The notes under the pieces were generated by a model. The model saw nothing but the letters and a program-made list of their open reading frames with translations, had not been told where the DNA came from and made no database searches. A DNA stretch of 40,517 nucleotides from a virus. Its lineage: Duplodnaviria > Caudoviricetes. Shown piece by piece: positions 18,546 to 27,575 of this stretch. The stretch is from IMG/VR virus record IMGVR_UViG_3300021082_000318, positions 1-40,517 of that record. One strand, 5' to 3'. The translations under genes and the position numbers were made by a program. Position 1 is the first letter of the stretch; every line of letters begins with the position of its first letter.

Positions 18546-21063
18546 GATACCCTCCGATTTCGAACTCTTTTAAGGCACCATAGTTCTGTCCTACCTTCAC
18601 TTCACAAGGGATGATCAGAGATTCCCTCGGTAACGTGCAGTGGGTGAAGTCGATCGGCCGCTCGAACGCCGGGATTGCGACCGAGAGATACTCGTCACGC
18701 CTCGCTTTCGGAACAATAGCTACCAATGCATCGTGCGCTTCTAGGCACAACCACTTGCGCGCGTCCGGTAGCTTGTCAACGATCTCCAATCCTGCCCTCT
18801 TCGTTTGATCTGCGACAGTGGACTGCGGTATCTGGGCAAATGCTTCACGGAGAAGCTCATCGTTCCATCTGCCAAGGAACTGTCGCCGTCGACCAAACGG
18901 GTTGACCAACGTCATCATGTTGTTGAGGAGGGCTTGCTCAACTTCGACATGGAAAACCTGACGTATGGAAGGGTTATACTCGTGAAACTTGTCGAGGATT
19001 TCCCCAGCACGCCACTCGGAAATCTCAACGTCAATATGATATCGCTTGGCATCAGTGTTGACGAGGAACATGAGACGTCGCTTTCGCATCCCATAATTTC
19101 CGGCGTGTCGCGTAGTCTTTCCGATAAACCGTAGTTCTTTATTAATTCTCTCAGGGTTGATACCGAATATCCAGGAAGCTGTAAGCTTATGGATATCCAC
19201 GCGTCCAAACATTTCAAGAGTTTTATCGTCTCGTCCGAGGAGAGCAACGACTCGTGCCTCCGCCTGCGACTGGTCGATCTCGATGAACTCATAATCATCA
19301 TCGGCTTCGAAGATCTCGCGAACTTCTGCGCCGTCCCCATACTTGGTTAGAGTCTGGAAAGCCAGACCGATAGACTTCTTCTTTTTCTTTCCGTTAATCT
19401 TAACGGTGACTTGGGGTCTGACTGGTGGCTTCAGGAGAGAGTTGCTAGTTCGTCCGGTTTCGGTTCCGACAATGCGAATGGATGTCCGCATTCTCCCATC
19501 GAAGTCAGGGACTGCGAGGAAGTAGGTGCCTAGAGCTTTCTTGAGACGACGCGTTGTGAGGATCTGCTCGCAAGAGTTTCGCTTCCTCGCATCTTTCTTG
19601 GCGTGGTTAGCTTGCAGTGCGACAATGGTTTCCTCGTCCGTATGGAACTTGAAGTAACGCTTGCCTGTCTTGGGATTGACTTTCCACTCACCACGTTCGG
19701 GAAACTTCAGTTCCTTGTAGAGATACGTAGCGACCTGTGGTTGCGAGTTGACATTCAGGTTGAACCCTGCCAGCTCCGTCATGCGAGCCTCGGCTTCGGC
19801 AACCTTCTGCATATACTCGCGGACTAGCTTGGCGCGCTTCTCCTTGTTGATCGGGAGGCCCACCTTCTCCATGTCCATGTAGAACTGATGGAATCTGTGG
19901 ACGAATCCAAAGTAGAAAGTGTCGAACCAGTTGGGGAAACCGGGCACTTCCACCTGTCGCGCCTCTGCCAGACACTTCTTCGCGGCTTCGAGAGTGACTG
20001 CTGCATCGCGCGCGTTGTAGATCAGGAAGTCATCTATCTTCTGTTTGGCCCAGTTGAAGTCCTTGCCATCGTCCTTGTAGTATGGCTCCTCAGTATAAAT
20101 GGACGTGCTGAAGCCCAGAGACTTGGGAAGCTCTGGATACAGCGTCGCCATCATCAACATCAGATCAGCACGGCAGTTGCCAATCCGAAAGCCACATGGA
20201 CGCTCTAGCTTGTCGTGGTCGAACTTGAAGTTCTGTCCGATGACTTTGAGTTCGGGGCGCGCGAGATGTGCGGCAAGGATACGCCACATCTGAACGAGTT
20301 CGTGCTTGTGTATCCCCGTTTGATTCTGGAGCGAGAATACGTCCAAGAGTGGAACCGATACCCCATGGTTCGGAGTAAATGAAAGGCCCACGCAAATGGG
20401 TATAGCTCGAATGACCTCGATGTCGACCGAGAGCGTATCATAATGCGAGTAGAACTCGAAAAAACGAGCAAGTGATACTGCCGAACGGATAATCTCCAGT
20501 CGCCTTCTCGGTGGTTTGTAGTCTGGGAAGCGCGAGTGCTCAACTGCACGTTTAATGTCGTGGGCAATATAGACACGAGCAGAGAACGAGTAAGCTCCAC
20601 CCTGCCCGCCACCCTCCGAGTGGAGGAGAGCCGCTGGATGGATAGACCCCACCACTTTCGTGCGAACGTCCTTCGCGAGTATGACGGACCCACGCCACTT
20701 CTGAATCCCATCTTTGTGTGCCGTCGCTTTGAGTGCTGTGTTGCCGAGGGCGAGGATACAGTTTGGTTGAACCGTGCGAATCTCAGTCCACAACTCCTCT
20801 ATGCACTTGTCGAGATCAAGTCCGATCAGACCTATCTTCTTCAGGTCATTCATCGGAGGCTGATACTTGACGACGTTGGTAATATAGACCTCGGACCTAT
20901 GGATACCTGCCTCGCTAAGCATCTCCTCCAGTAGTTCCCCTGAAGGGCCGACGAAGGGCCGACCGATCCTGTTCTCATGTGCACCGGGAGCTTCCCCGAT
21001 GATCATGAGTCGAGCATCGCCCGGCCCCTCGCCACGAACGTATTGCAGACCCTCTAAGTCCAC
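18526..21063 (-). CDS. polA: family A DNA polymerase with N-terminal uracil-DNA glycosylase-like domain (SPO1-type fusion)
   Basis: UDG family 4 motifs GEAPG, GRPFVGPSG, HPAALL; exonuclease DIE / NFKFD / YNARD; polymerase motifs TETGRTS, DQSQAEAR, KTTRHAGNYG, HDAL. Confidence 0.93.
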   Translation of the reverse strand: MDLEGLQYVRGEGPGDARLMIIGEAPGAHENRIGRPFVGPSGELLEEMLSEAGIHRSEVYITNVVKYQPPMNDLKKIGLIGLDLDKCIEELWTEIRTVQPNCILALGNTALKATAHKDGIQKWRGSVILAKDVRTKVVGSIHPAALLHSEGGGQGGAYSFSARVYIAHDIKRAVEHSRFPDYKPPRRRLEIIRSAVSLARFFEFYSHYDTLSVDIEVIRAIPICVGLSFTPNHGVSVPLLDVFSLQNQTGIHKHELVQMWRILAAHLARPELKVIGQNFKFDHDKLERPCGFRIGNCRADLMLMMATLYPELPKSLGFSTSIYTEEPYYKDDGKDFNWAKQKIDDFLIYNARDAAVTLEAAKKCLAEARQVEVPGFPNWFDTFYFGFVHRFHQFYMDMEKVGLPINKEKRAKLVREYMQKVAEAEARMTELAGFNLNVNSQPQVATYLYKELKFPERGEWKVNPKTGKRYFKFHTDEETIVALQANHAKKDARKRNSCEQILTTRRLKKALGTYFLAVPDFDGRMRTSIRIVGTETGRTSNSLLKPPVRPQVTVKINGKKKKKSIGLAFQTLTKYGDGAEVREIFEADDDYEFIEIDQSQAEARVVALLGRDDKTLEMFGRVDIHKLTASWIFGINPERINKELRFIGKTTRHAGNYGMRKRRLMFLVNTDAKRYHIDVEISEWRAGEILDKFHEYNPSIRQVFHVEVEQALLNNMMTLVNPFGRRRQFLGRWNDELLREAFAQIPQSTVADQTKRAGLEIVDKLPDARKWLCLEAHDALVAIVPKARRDEYLSVAIPAFERPIDFTHCTLPRESLIIPCEVKVGQNYGALKEFEIGGYRVKSVA

Positions 21064-21066
21064 GGT

Positions 21067-21336
21067 CTACTTGACCCTAGAAAAGATTGTCCGTCGGATC
21101 TGCTCCTCCAGGTCCTGCCTCTGCAGGTTCAGCTGGGCGATCTCGGTGGACAACTCCTCCGCTCGGGCCGCGCTCGACTTCGCCTTTTCCAGGAGATACT
21201 CTCTGACTCCCGCCTTCACTTCCAGGCGCATCTTCACCTGCATCAGGCGCTTCTCGATCTCCTCCCGCTGGCTCGGGATATCGCGGTGGCTCTGGGTAGG
21301 CGTGTTGGCCGATTCTGACTCCTGCTCGATTCGCAT
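21067..21336 (-). CDS. coiled-coil hypothetical protein
   Basis: ATG 21336 with AGGAGG RBS; 'ARAEELSTEIAQLNLQRQDLEEQIRR'; stop abuts the pol start. Confidence 0.6.
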   Translation of the reverse strand: MRIEQESESANTPTQSHRDIPSQREEIEKRLMQVKMRLEVKAGVREYLLEKAKSSAARAEELSTEIAQLNLQRQDLEEQIRRTIFSRVK

Positions 21337-21796
21337 GAAGCGTGATCCTCCTGAGGTCTTCCTCGTCGTCGTCTTTGTGTTCGGTCCAGTAGTAGGTCTT
21401 GGTGATGACCTTGAGCGCCTCGATGAGATCCTGCCGTGAGACGCTGTCCACATGGACGGTGAATCTGTCGTGCGTGAACAGGGACTTCTGTGCCCAGCCC
21501 CACACCACGACTAGCTTCCGCTGCTCCATCGCAATGCCGAGTTCCACCCACTTGCCAGTGGAATCGATCGACAGGATGGGGTCGTTGATCAGCAGGATGG
21601 CATCGGCGCGCGTCACGTCCCTGAAGTCGAGGTCGATGAAGTGCTGGTGCCCGAGCTTGCTGAGTTCCGCGTCCTCCTCCCCTTGCAGGAGCCAAGTGCT
21701 GGTGCACTCGAAGTCGGGAACCTCTTGCTTGATCGCATCGACGAGACGATCGATCTCGAACCGATGCGCGTATGACCCTGCCACGTAAAACTTCAT
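21077..21796 (-). CDS. nucleoside 2-deoxyribosyltransferase / nucleotide N-glycosidase-like protein
   Basis: 'KFYVAGS', 'DFRDVTRADAILL', 'GKWVELGIA' (catalytic Glu motif); C-terminal ~85 aa overlap the next ORF. Confidence 0.7.
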   Translation of the reverse strand: MKFYVAGSYAHRFEIDRLVDAIKQEVPDFECTSTWLLQGEEDAELSKLGHQHFIDLDFRDVTRADAILLINDPILSIDSTGKWVELGIAMEQRKLVVVWGWAQKSLFTHDRFTVHVDSVSRQDLIEALKVITKTYYWTEHKDDDEEDLRRITLHANRAGVRIGQHAYPEPPRYPEPAGGDREAPDAGEDAPGSEGGSQRVSPGKGEVERGPSGGVVHRDRPAEPAEAGPGGADPTDNLF

Positions 21797-21797
21797 C

Positions 21798-23129
21798 TCA
21801 ATCCTCCAACATCTGCGTTTCAGCTGCCGGTGCCACGACCTTCGGTGTCGTCTTGTCGATCTGCTTGTCGATGCGCTTTACGATGTTGTCGTAGAACGCC
21901 TTGTCCCTCTCGATCGTGACGTATTTCCTGCCGAGCCGGAGACATGCGTCGGCAGTGACCCCTGACCCACCGAAGGGATCGACGACGAACGCACCCTTGT
22001 AGGTGCAATCCTCGATCAAGTCCATGATCAGGTCAACCGGTTTCTCGTTAGGGTGCAGTAGAGACGGTGGAGGAACTGCCTTGTAGGTCTTGAAAGCACT
22101 GATATTGCCAGTGCGAGCCAGAACGGGAGAGCCCTTACATGCGACCAGGATCGTCTCGAAGTCACGGTCATACTCCCACGTCCGCACACCACGGCGAGAC
22201 AGCGCGTTGATTTTCTGCCAGAAGATCGGAGTCTTGGCCGTCTTGAATCCGATCTTTTCGAGCGCACCATACTTGTGCTTCTGGTTGCCCGCGTCGTCGA
22301 GGTAGTCATACCCCGAGTAGTAGATGTAGTCGTCGATCGAGACGAACATGAACAGGAACGCGTCAGCTTTGAGAACCCTGAACAACTGCTGGAAGACAGG
22401 CAGGGTGCGCGCGTCCAACGTCAGGGTGGGGTCGTAGAAGTTCAGCCACGGTGGGTCGGTGACGCAGGCATCGAAGGTGAAGTCGGGGATGCGCTCCAAG
22501 ATGTGCGCGCTGTCTCCGAGATAGACCTGATCTCCTTCGATCTCCAGCTCTCCCATCGACGCTATGGTTTCGGACTCCATGCGACGTATCGAGGCGCGCA
22601 CGAGCTTCACTGCGGTGCGTCGATCCTTGATGTTGCGGAGGGAGGGATCGATCTGGACAGCCTTCGCCAGATTCAAGTCCTCTGCGACACCGCCAAGGGA
22701 GAGTCCAAGTTCACTCGCGGTCTCACGGATGCCCCAAACCTTTTCGTCCTTCTTCGGACGGCCGCGCCCTTCCTTCTTGCCGTGCTGCTCTTGTCGCAGT
22801 TCATGGAGCTGCTGCACTAGCGTCACCGCTTCCCACCACGGGAGGTTGTGACGGTGCAGATTCTCGTGCACGCGCATGATCTTAGCGTCCACGTCGTTGG
22901 GCTGCTTCACTTCGGCAGCGAGCTCGGTCCAGCCCAACAGCTTGGCTGCCTCGTATCGCTTGGCCCCGGTGACTACCTCGTAGCCATCAAGGATATTGTT
23001 CAGCGGTCGAACAATAATTGCATGAAGCTGGCCCTGTTCCTTGAGCGAATCGAGGAACTCATCCCGCTCCTTGTCGTCATCCCACGTTACGGGGATGTTG
23101 CAGGTGATACGTTCGATTGGTATCTGCAT
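21798..23129 (-). CDS. ParB/Srx N-terminal domain fused to N6A/N4C DNA methyltransferase
   Basis: 'SLKEQGQLHAIIVR...VTGAKRYEAAKLLG...ENLHR' ParB; TDPPW, HPNEKP, DPFGGSG methylase motifs in beta-class order. Confidence 0.88.
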   Translation of the reverse strand: MQIPIERITCNIPVTWDDDKERDEFLDSLKEQGQLHAIIVRPLNNILDGYEVVTGAKRYEAAKLLGWTELAAEVKQPNDVDAKIMRVHENLHRHNLPWWEAVTLVQQLHELRQEQHGKKEGRGRPKKDEKVWGIRETASELGLSLGGVAEDLNLAKAVQIDPSLRNIKDRRTAVKLVRASIRRMESETIASMGELEIEGDQVYLGDSAHILERIPDFTFDACVTDPPWLNFYDPTLTLDARTLPVFQQLFRVLKADAFLFMFVSIDDYIYYSGYDYLDDAGNQKHKYGALEKIGFKTAKTPIFWQKINALSRRGVRTWEYDRDFETILVACKGSPVLARTGNISAFKTYKAVPPPSLLHPNEKPVDLIMDLIEDCTYKGAFVVDPFGGSGVTADACLRLGRKYVTIERDKAFYDNIVKRIDKQIDKTTPKVVAPAAETQMLED

Positions 23130-23144
23130 GGTGTCCTAAGTGAA

Positions 23145-23180
23145 AGGGATGAGCAACAGCGGTCACTGCTACCCACCCCT
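23145..23180 (-). terminator. 15-bp RNA hairpin (terminator or processing site)
   Basis: minus strand AGGGGUGGGUAGCAG-UGACCG-CUGUUGCUCAUCCCU pairs fully using G-U wobbles; followed by UUCACUU. Confidence 0.6.
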
Positions 23181-23189
23181 CTCGACTAA

Positions 23190-23393
23190 CTACTCGTCCT
23201 CGGCCCCGGTATCCGGAGCTTCGGGATCGTCAGGATCAGGCGAGTCCTCGTCATCCTCGTCGTCATCCTCGTCATCGTCGTCATCGTCCTCGTCGTCCTC
23301 TTCCTCCGAGGCATCGACTTCGAGTTCCGCTTCGTCCGCGGCGTCGACTTCGGAATCGTCGTCGACCTCATCCGGCATCATCCAGTAGCGCAT
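23190..23393 (-). CDS. extremely acidic small protein
   Basis: GGAG RBS; 41 of 67 residues are Asp/Glu. Confidence 0.65.
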   Translation of the reverse strand: MRYWMMPDEVDDDSEVDAADEAELEVDASEEEDDEDDDDDDEDDDEDDEDSPDPDDPEAPDTGAEDE

Positions 23394-23489
23394 GTAACAC
23401 GTCTCCTATACGAAAAGGTTGCCCCCGAATTCTCCACGGCTCGGGAGCCACACCGCGCCGACCCCTCTGTGAGAGCAGAGGTCTGGAGC

Positions 23490-23930
23490 CTAGAAGTCGG
23501 AGCCGGGGATGTTCGACGCCGACGCTGCAGCCGCTGCCAGATCCGTGACCGGCGCCCAGTCGCGGATGTTGTTGACCTTGCGGCCGTTGTATTCGCCCGG
23601 CTCCCAGAGGGCCAGCACCGTCTTGCCCTTGAGGTTCGGACCGAACGTGAAGTCAGCGCCCGCTTCCTCGCTGATCTTCGTCCCGAGCACCGCCTCCGCG
23701 AAGACCACCGCCATCGACGGATACTTCTCCGGGAAGTAGCACTGAGCGCGAGCACCGTCCGCGGCACCCTCGCAACCCTCGACCTCGACCACGGCGTTGT
23801 TCGACGAGGGGTCCTTCTTGGACTTCTCGATCGACACGTCCGCGATCTTGGTCTGATACCAGCCACCCTCGACGATCTTGTTGCGCTTGACGTCGGCGGG
23901 TGTAATCGTCAGTCTCAAGGATTCTGCCAT
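23490..23930 (-). CDS. putative ssDNA-binding protein (DUF669-like)
   Basis: 'GWYQTKIADVSIEKSKK' and 'EYNGRKVNNI' pattern; ends in DF; follows Sak4-like ATPase. Confidence 0.6.
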   Translation of the reverse strand: MAESLRLTITPADVKRNKIVEGGWYQTKIADVSIEKSKKDPSSNNAVVEVEGCEGAADGARAQCYFPEKYPSMAVVFAEAVLGTKISEEAGADFTFGPNLKGKTVLALWEPGEYNGRKVNNIRDWAPVTDLAAAAASASNIPGSDF

Positions 23931-23988
23931 TGTTCTCTCTAGCTCCTACGCTAAGGTTGTGTCTGTGTCAAGACCCGTTCCCGTAGAC

Positions 23989-24816
23989 TTACAGTGGTTG
24001 TTCGACCTCCTTCACTGGCTCGGGCACGGCAGCGTCCGGTGCCTTTTCTGCGAGCTTGATGCCATGCGCCTCGATAGCCGCCTTGATCAGCGGATACAGA
24101 CGCTTGCCGGTGATGTCGAGCACACCGGGGAGGGGCAGCGCGGTCTTGGTCATGGTGCGACCACCCGTCCAAACGAGACGCTTACCATCCAGACCTTCGC
24201 CGTCCCGCTCGAATGCCCATATCTCGTCGAAGTAGGTCGGCGCGATAGAGGCGATCTTGTTTCCGTATGACGCGATGCTCGTGTATCGCTTCGACTTGCC
24301 GCCCTCGTCCATCATCTTCTGGATCGGGTGCGCCGTCATGATCACGTTGCACGGAAGTATCTTTGCCACGTCGAGAATCTGAGACAGGCTCGTAGTCTCG
24401 CCGTTGTATTCGTCGAAGCCGGGGATCGGAAGACCTGAGACTGTCTTCTTCCCCTTGAAGTCATCGAACCCACCCCGGACCCGAAGCTGGTAGGTGATCG
24501 CGGTGTTCGACAGGTTGGTGAAGCTGTCGATCACAACGGTCGCCCACGGGCAGCGGTCCTGTAGGTTCTCAAACTCCACGCAGAACTGGAGGAAGTCGAT
24601 GATGCCCTTCGCAGGGATCGCCTTCGGTCCAACCGTCACATACTGCACATCCAGATTCGGATAGAACAGTTTGATCGGCTTCATGCGCCCGTCGAAGTCG
24701 AAGAACTTGATGGGACCAGGGAAGCTGGCAGCAGCTACTGACTTGCCGTCGCCGTTACCTCCCATGAACATCGCCATGATACGATGCCCAAGGTCTATGT
24801 CTCTTGTGCTCGGCAC
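23989..24816 (-). CDS. AAA_24 / Sak4-like recombination ATPase
   Basis: GTG start 24816 with AGGAGG; Walker A GGNGDGKS, 'FDFDG', Walker B VVIDS, 'MTAH'. Confidence 0.75.
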   Translation of the reverse strand: MPSTRDIDLGHRIMAMFMGGNGDGKSVAAASFPGPIKFFDFDGRMKPIKLFYPNLDVQYVTVGPKAIPAKGIIDFLQFCVEFENLQDRCPWATVVIDSFTNLSNTAITYQLRVRGGFDDFKGKKTVSGLPIPGFDEYNGETTSLSQILDVAKILPCNVIMTAHPIQKMMDEGGKSKRYTSIASYGNKIASIAPTYFDEIWAFERDGEGLDGKRLVWTGGRTMTKTALPLPGVLDITGKRLYPLIKAAIEAHGIKLAEKAPDAAVPEPVKEVEQPL

Positions 24817-24896
24817 TATTCGAACCTCCTCAACCATCGTTGATACCGCCATTCGCACCAGGCCCAACGCGCGCGCTCGATCAGCCAACGCACCAT
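24816..24896 (-). CDS. 26-aa Trp/Arg-rich peptide
   Basis: GAGGAG RBS; MVRWLIERARWAWCEWRYQRWLRRFE; TAGTG coupling to the ATPase. Confidence 0.45.
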   Translation of the reverse strand: MVRWLIERARWAWCEWRYQRWLRRFE

Positions 24897-24900
24897 GATG

Positions 24901-25263
24901 CTACTCCTCTTTATCGTCGTCGCTGTCATCTCCGAAGTCGAACAGGCCGAAGGTGGGGTCACCGAGCAACTCCTCCATCGACATGTTTTCGAGCTTGGAA
25001 ACGTCGACGTCAACCGCGTCCGCCTTGATCTTGCGCCGAACACACTTGACGCAGATCGGGTGCTTGATGCCACGCTTGCCCGGCCTCTGTCGGGGAACGA
25101 TGGTCTTCTCACCGCACCGCCAGCAGACAGTCTCCTTGTTCACCGCCAGCTTCTGTGCGATGTAGTGACTGCAAGCAGGCAAGACGCACATATAGACGAA
25201 GTAAACGCCCTTCGTCCCGATGGTCGTCAGTTCGTATTTGTGAATGTGTCTTTGACTCGCCAC
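24901..25263 (-). CDS. Zn-finger-like protein with acidic tail
   Basis: HIH, CVLPACSH, CWRC, CVKC motifs. Confidence 0.6.
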   Translation of the reverse strand: MASQRHIHKYELTTIGTKGVYFVYMCVLPACSHYIAQKLAVNKETVCWRCGEKTIVPRQRPGKRGIKHPICVKCVRRKIKADAVDVDVSKLENMSMEELLGDPTFGLFDFGDDSDDDKEE

Positions 25264-25274
25264 GATACCGTTCC

Positions 25275-26123
25275 CTACTTCTCGTCCCTAGTGTGGGGCG
25301 ACCACGGCTTGCCATCTTTGAATAGCATTGCCAGCTTGTGTTCCCGAACCTCGGGAATGCTGGCACACACCGGCTGAAAGATGCAACCCCCGTATTTGTC
25401 ACAGCTGGTGTAGTTCATTGGGTAGTATCCCTGATCCATCCACGAGATCAAGAGATGTGCGTAGTAGATAGCGTCCTTCTTCCACTGTTCGAGGTGCGCT
25501 TTCTGATACGGCATCCGATACCGATTGAAGCGTTCCTTCGGTGGCAGTGTCTTCTGGAAGCCAATCTTGTTGACTACGACATGAGACACGTTCAGCGCCC
25601 ATGAGTAACCCATGAACTGCGTGCTCAACAGGAAGGGCTGCTGCCTCCTGCTGCTGGTCTTGTGATCGACGATCGCTAACCCACCTGGGGTTTGGCACAC
25701 GAGATCGATGATGCCCTCGTAGAGAATCCTGATGCCGCGCTGTTCGTTCTGATACAAGACCTTCGAGAACGGCTGCTCGACTTCGAGGGGCTGCCAGCCA
25801 TCCTGTTTGTAGTAAAGCGCATACTGCCGATACTGATTGATGTTCTCGACAATCGTCGCTTGTGTAAGTTCCATCTCCTTCGATGCTTCGATTCCGACCC
25901 GCACCGATTCCTCGACGATATCCGTATACTGGTCCCGTCGTCCTGCCTTGAGCTGAAGGTAGTGATGCTCCAGTATCTGATGCATGAGGTCGCCCTTTTC
26001 GAGGGCTTCAGCCTTGTGCTCAGGCTCCTTGTGACGGACGAATCGCAGATACGCCTTGTATCCACAAGCCATAACGTCATTTAGGATCTGAGAATCCAAA
26101 GCTATCGTTCGCATTTCAGGCAT
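25275..26123 (-). CDS. PD-(D/E)XK exonuclease (Cas4/RecB-like)
   Basis: 'KGDLMHQILE', 'EVEQPF', 'GIIDLV', 'IVDHKT', 'QFMGYSWA'; Cys at the N-terminus plus three Cys near the C-terminus; start could be 26138. Confidence 0.85.
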   Translation of the reverse strand: MPEMRTIALDSQILNDVMACGYKAYLRFVRHKEPEHKAEALEKGDLMHQILEHHYLQLKAGRRDQYTDIVEESVRVGIEASKEMELTQATIVENINQYRQYALYYKQDGWQPLEVEQPFSKVLYQNEQRGIRILYEGIIDLVCQTPGGLAIVDHKTSSRRQQPFLLSTQFMGYSWALNVSHVVVNKIGFQKTLPPKERFNRYRMPYQKAHLEQWKKDAIYYAHLLISWMDQGYYPMNYTSCDKYGGCIFQPVCASIPEVREHKLAMLFKDGKPWSPHTRDEK

Positions 26124-26209
26124 CAGTTCGACCACCACGTCGCCACTACCAGCAGACCTAACAAGATTACGAGCCAGTTCTCAATCGACCGTTGTTGATA
26201 CGGAGTCAT
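26123..26209 (-). CDS. 28-aa single-TM peptide
   Basis: MTPYQQRSIENWLVILLGLLVVATWWSN; TGATG coupled to the nuclease; RBS weak. Confidence 0.35.
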   Translation of the reverse strand: MTPYQQRSIENWLVILLGLLVVATWWSN

Positions 26210-26399
26210 CTGGAGGTATCTCGATCGCAGCCACTTCCAGCTGGATGCGAATCTCATCCGCTTGCCTCCCGACTACATCCATAAGGGAGTGCATGGCGTC
26301 ATCGGAGCTGTCCTCGTGTCCGACGAAACCTTGCTTCCTCATGAAGTAATGGTCGAGAGCAAGTATCTCCTCGCTGCTCAACCTGAGTGTGTATTCCAT
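26181..26399 (-). CDS. hypothetical protein
   Basis: ATG 26399 (MEYTLRLSSEE...) immediately after the upstream stop. Confidence 0.5.
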   Translation of the reverse strand: MEYTLRLSSEEILALDHYFMRKQGFVGHEDSSDDAMHSLMDVVGRQADEIRIQLEVAAIEIPPDDSVSTTVD

Positions 26400-26401
26400 G
26401 A

Positions 26402-26860
26402 CTACTTTACGAAGAGTCCGGACAGTGCAACCTTGGGGTTGAAGCCGGACGCGCTCGCCTCCCTGAACAGTTCTCCGTTGATAATGATCTGCGCCTGGAT
26501 GACACCGAACCCTGACGCCTGAGCGTTGAGCACGATGAACAACTGGTCGCGGTATGTCTTGGTCGATGAGAACCAAGGCAGCGTCGAGAGGATACGAGAT
26601 GTGCCCTCCTGCGTGGAACCGAACTGAATCTCCGCGCCGTTCGTGCCGGGATCGAACGCGACATCACCCAACACACGGAACTCGATGTTCGTTGCCTTCG
26701 GTTCAGGGACAGGGGTTGGTGCAGTCGGCGATTCGCACTCCAGCATCTGTCGTCGACGGTCCTCGGCGCTGTCCGGTTCCCTACCACAGTCGAAGTCTTC
26801 GGCACATGCACACGAGAGCAGTGGCGCCGTTAGACCGAGCAAGAAGATTCGTCGATTCAT
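26402..26860 (-). CDS. putative lipoprotein
   Basis: 'MNRRIFLLGLTAPLLSCAC' signal with Cys; Pro/Thr linker; Ig-like beta domain containing 'LPW'. Confidence 0.65.
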   Translation of the reverse strand: MNRRIFLLGLTAPLLSCACAEDFDCGREPDSAEDRRRQMLECESPTAPTPVPEPKATNIEFRVLGDVAFDPGTNGAEIQFGSTQEGTSRILSTLPWFSSTKTYRDQLFIVLNAQASGFGVIQAQIIINGELFREASASGFNPKVALSGLFVK

Positions 26861-27060
26861 GGCTTCTTCTCCTCCGATACCGCCTCCTCGTAACTGACAG
26901 TGAAGGTGTAGCCCTGTTCGAGGAGTGGACCCAAGATCATCTGGTCCGTGTCCTCCTTGGCACCCGGAGCATAGGCACTGACACCCATATCCGTGGTGAC
27001 CTCAAGGCTGTCCGACATGATCGTCAGCCCGTTGCTTGTCCTGATTACCAGTCTTTTCAT
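26857..27060 (-). CDS. hypothetical protein
   Basis: coupled on both sides (TAATG, ATGA). Confidence 0.55.
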   Translation of the reverse strand: MKRLVIRTSNGLTIMSDSLEVTTDMGVSAYAPGAKEDTDQMILGPLLEQGYTFTVSYEEAVSEEKKP

Positions 27061-27575
27061 TAGAAATCCAAGTCCTCCATGCGACCGTAGTCATGTCCCT
27101 TGATCGGCTTGCCCTCTGCACAGTCGTTGCAGAGGTCGTAGCCCTTTGCGATTGGCTTCTGGCACCCGACACAGGTGTTGCTCGCCTTGCCGACGCTGCG
27201 TGAGCCTCGGTAATTGTTCACCGGCTGATCTTTGTAACGGCCATACTTCGCTGCCCATACAGGATCAATCTGCTCACGGATCTTCTGCTCGTCCCATCCC
27301 AAGACAGCGGCAGCACGTCGGCACCACCATTCCCGAGATAGTTTCTTCACGAACTCGATTCGACCAGCACACACGTTGGCATGGATAGTCGAACTCGGCA
27401 GTGAGGGAGTGTGGAACATCTTCATGCCCTCAGCACATCCCTCACTGCACTTGTTCGAATACCGGACTGCAATCTCGTCGTCGAAATCTTGGCACGAGAG
27501 CTCTATCTTGACGACCTCTCCGGCTGCCGGTGTTTGGATTCGCTCGACTTTCACAGTCCGACCTCGCGTCCCCAA
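27060..27575 (-). CDS. hypothetical protein with C-terminal Zn finger
   Basis: CVGC...CNDC; true start uncertain. Confidence 0.5.
   Translation of the reverse strand: MGTRGRTVKVERIQTPAAGEVVKIELSCQDFDDEIAVRYSNKCSEGCAEGMKMFHTPSLPSSTIHANVCAGRIEFVKKLSREWWCRRAAAVLGWDEQKIREQIDPVWAAKYGRYKDQPVNNYRGSRSVGKASNTCVGCQKPIAKGYDLCNDCAEGKPIKGHDYGRMEDLDF

Noticed and set aside
23943-23971. Minus-strand promoter with TTGACA before the SSB-like gene
   Set aside because: The -10 position reads TAGGAG, which is better explained as the RBS.
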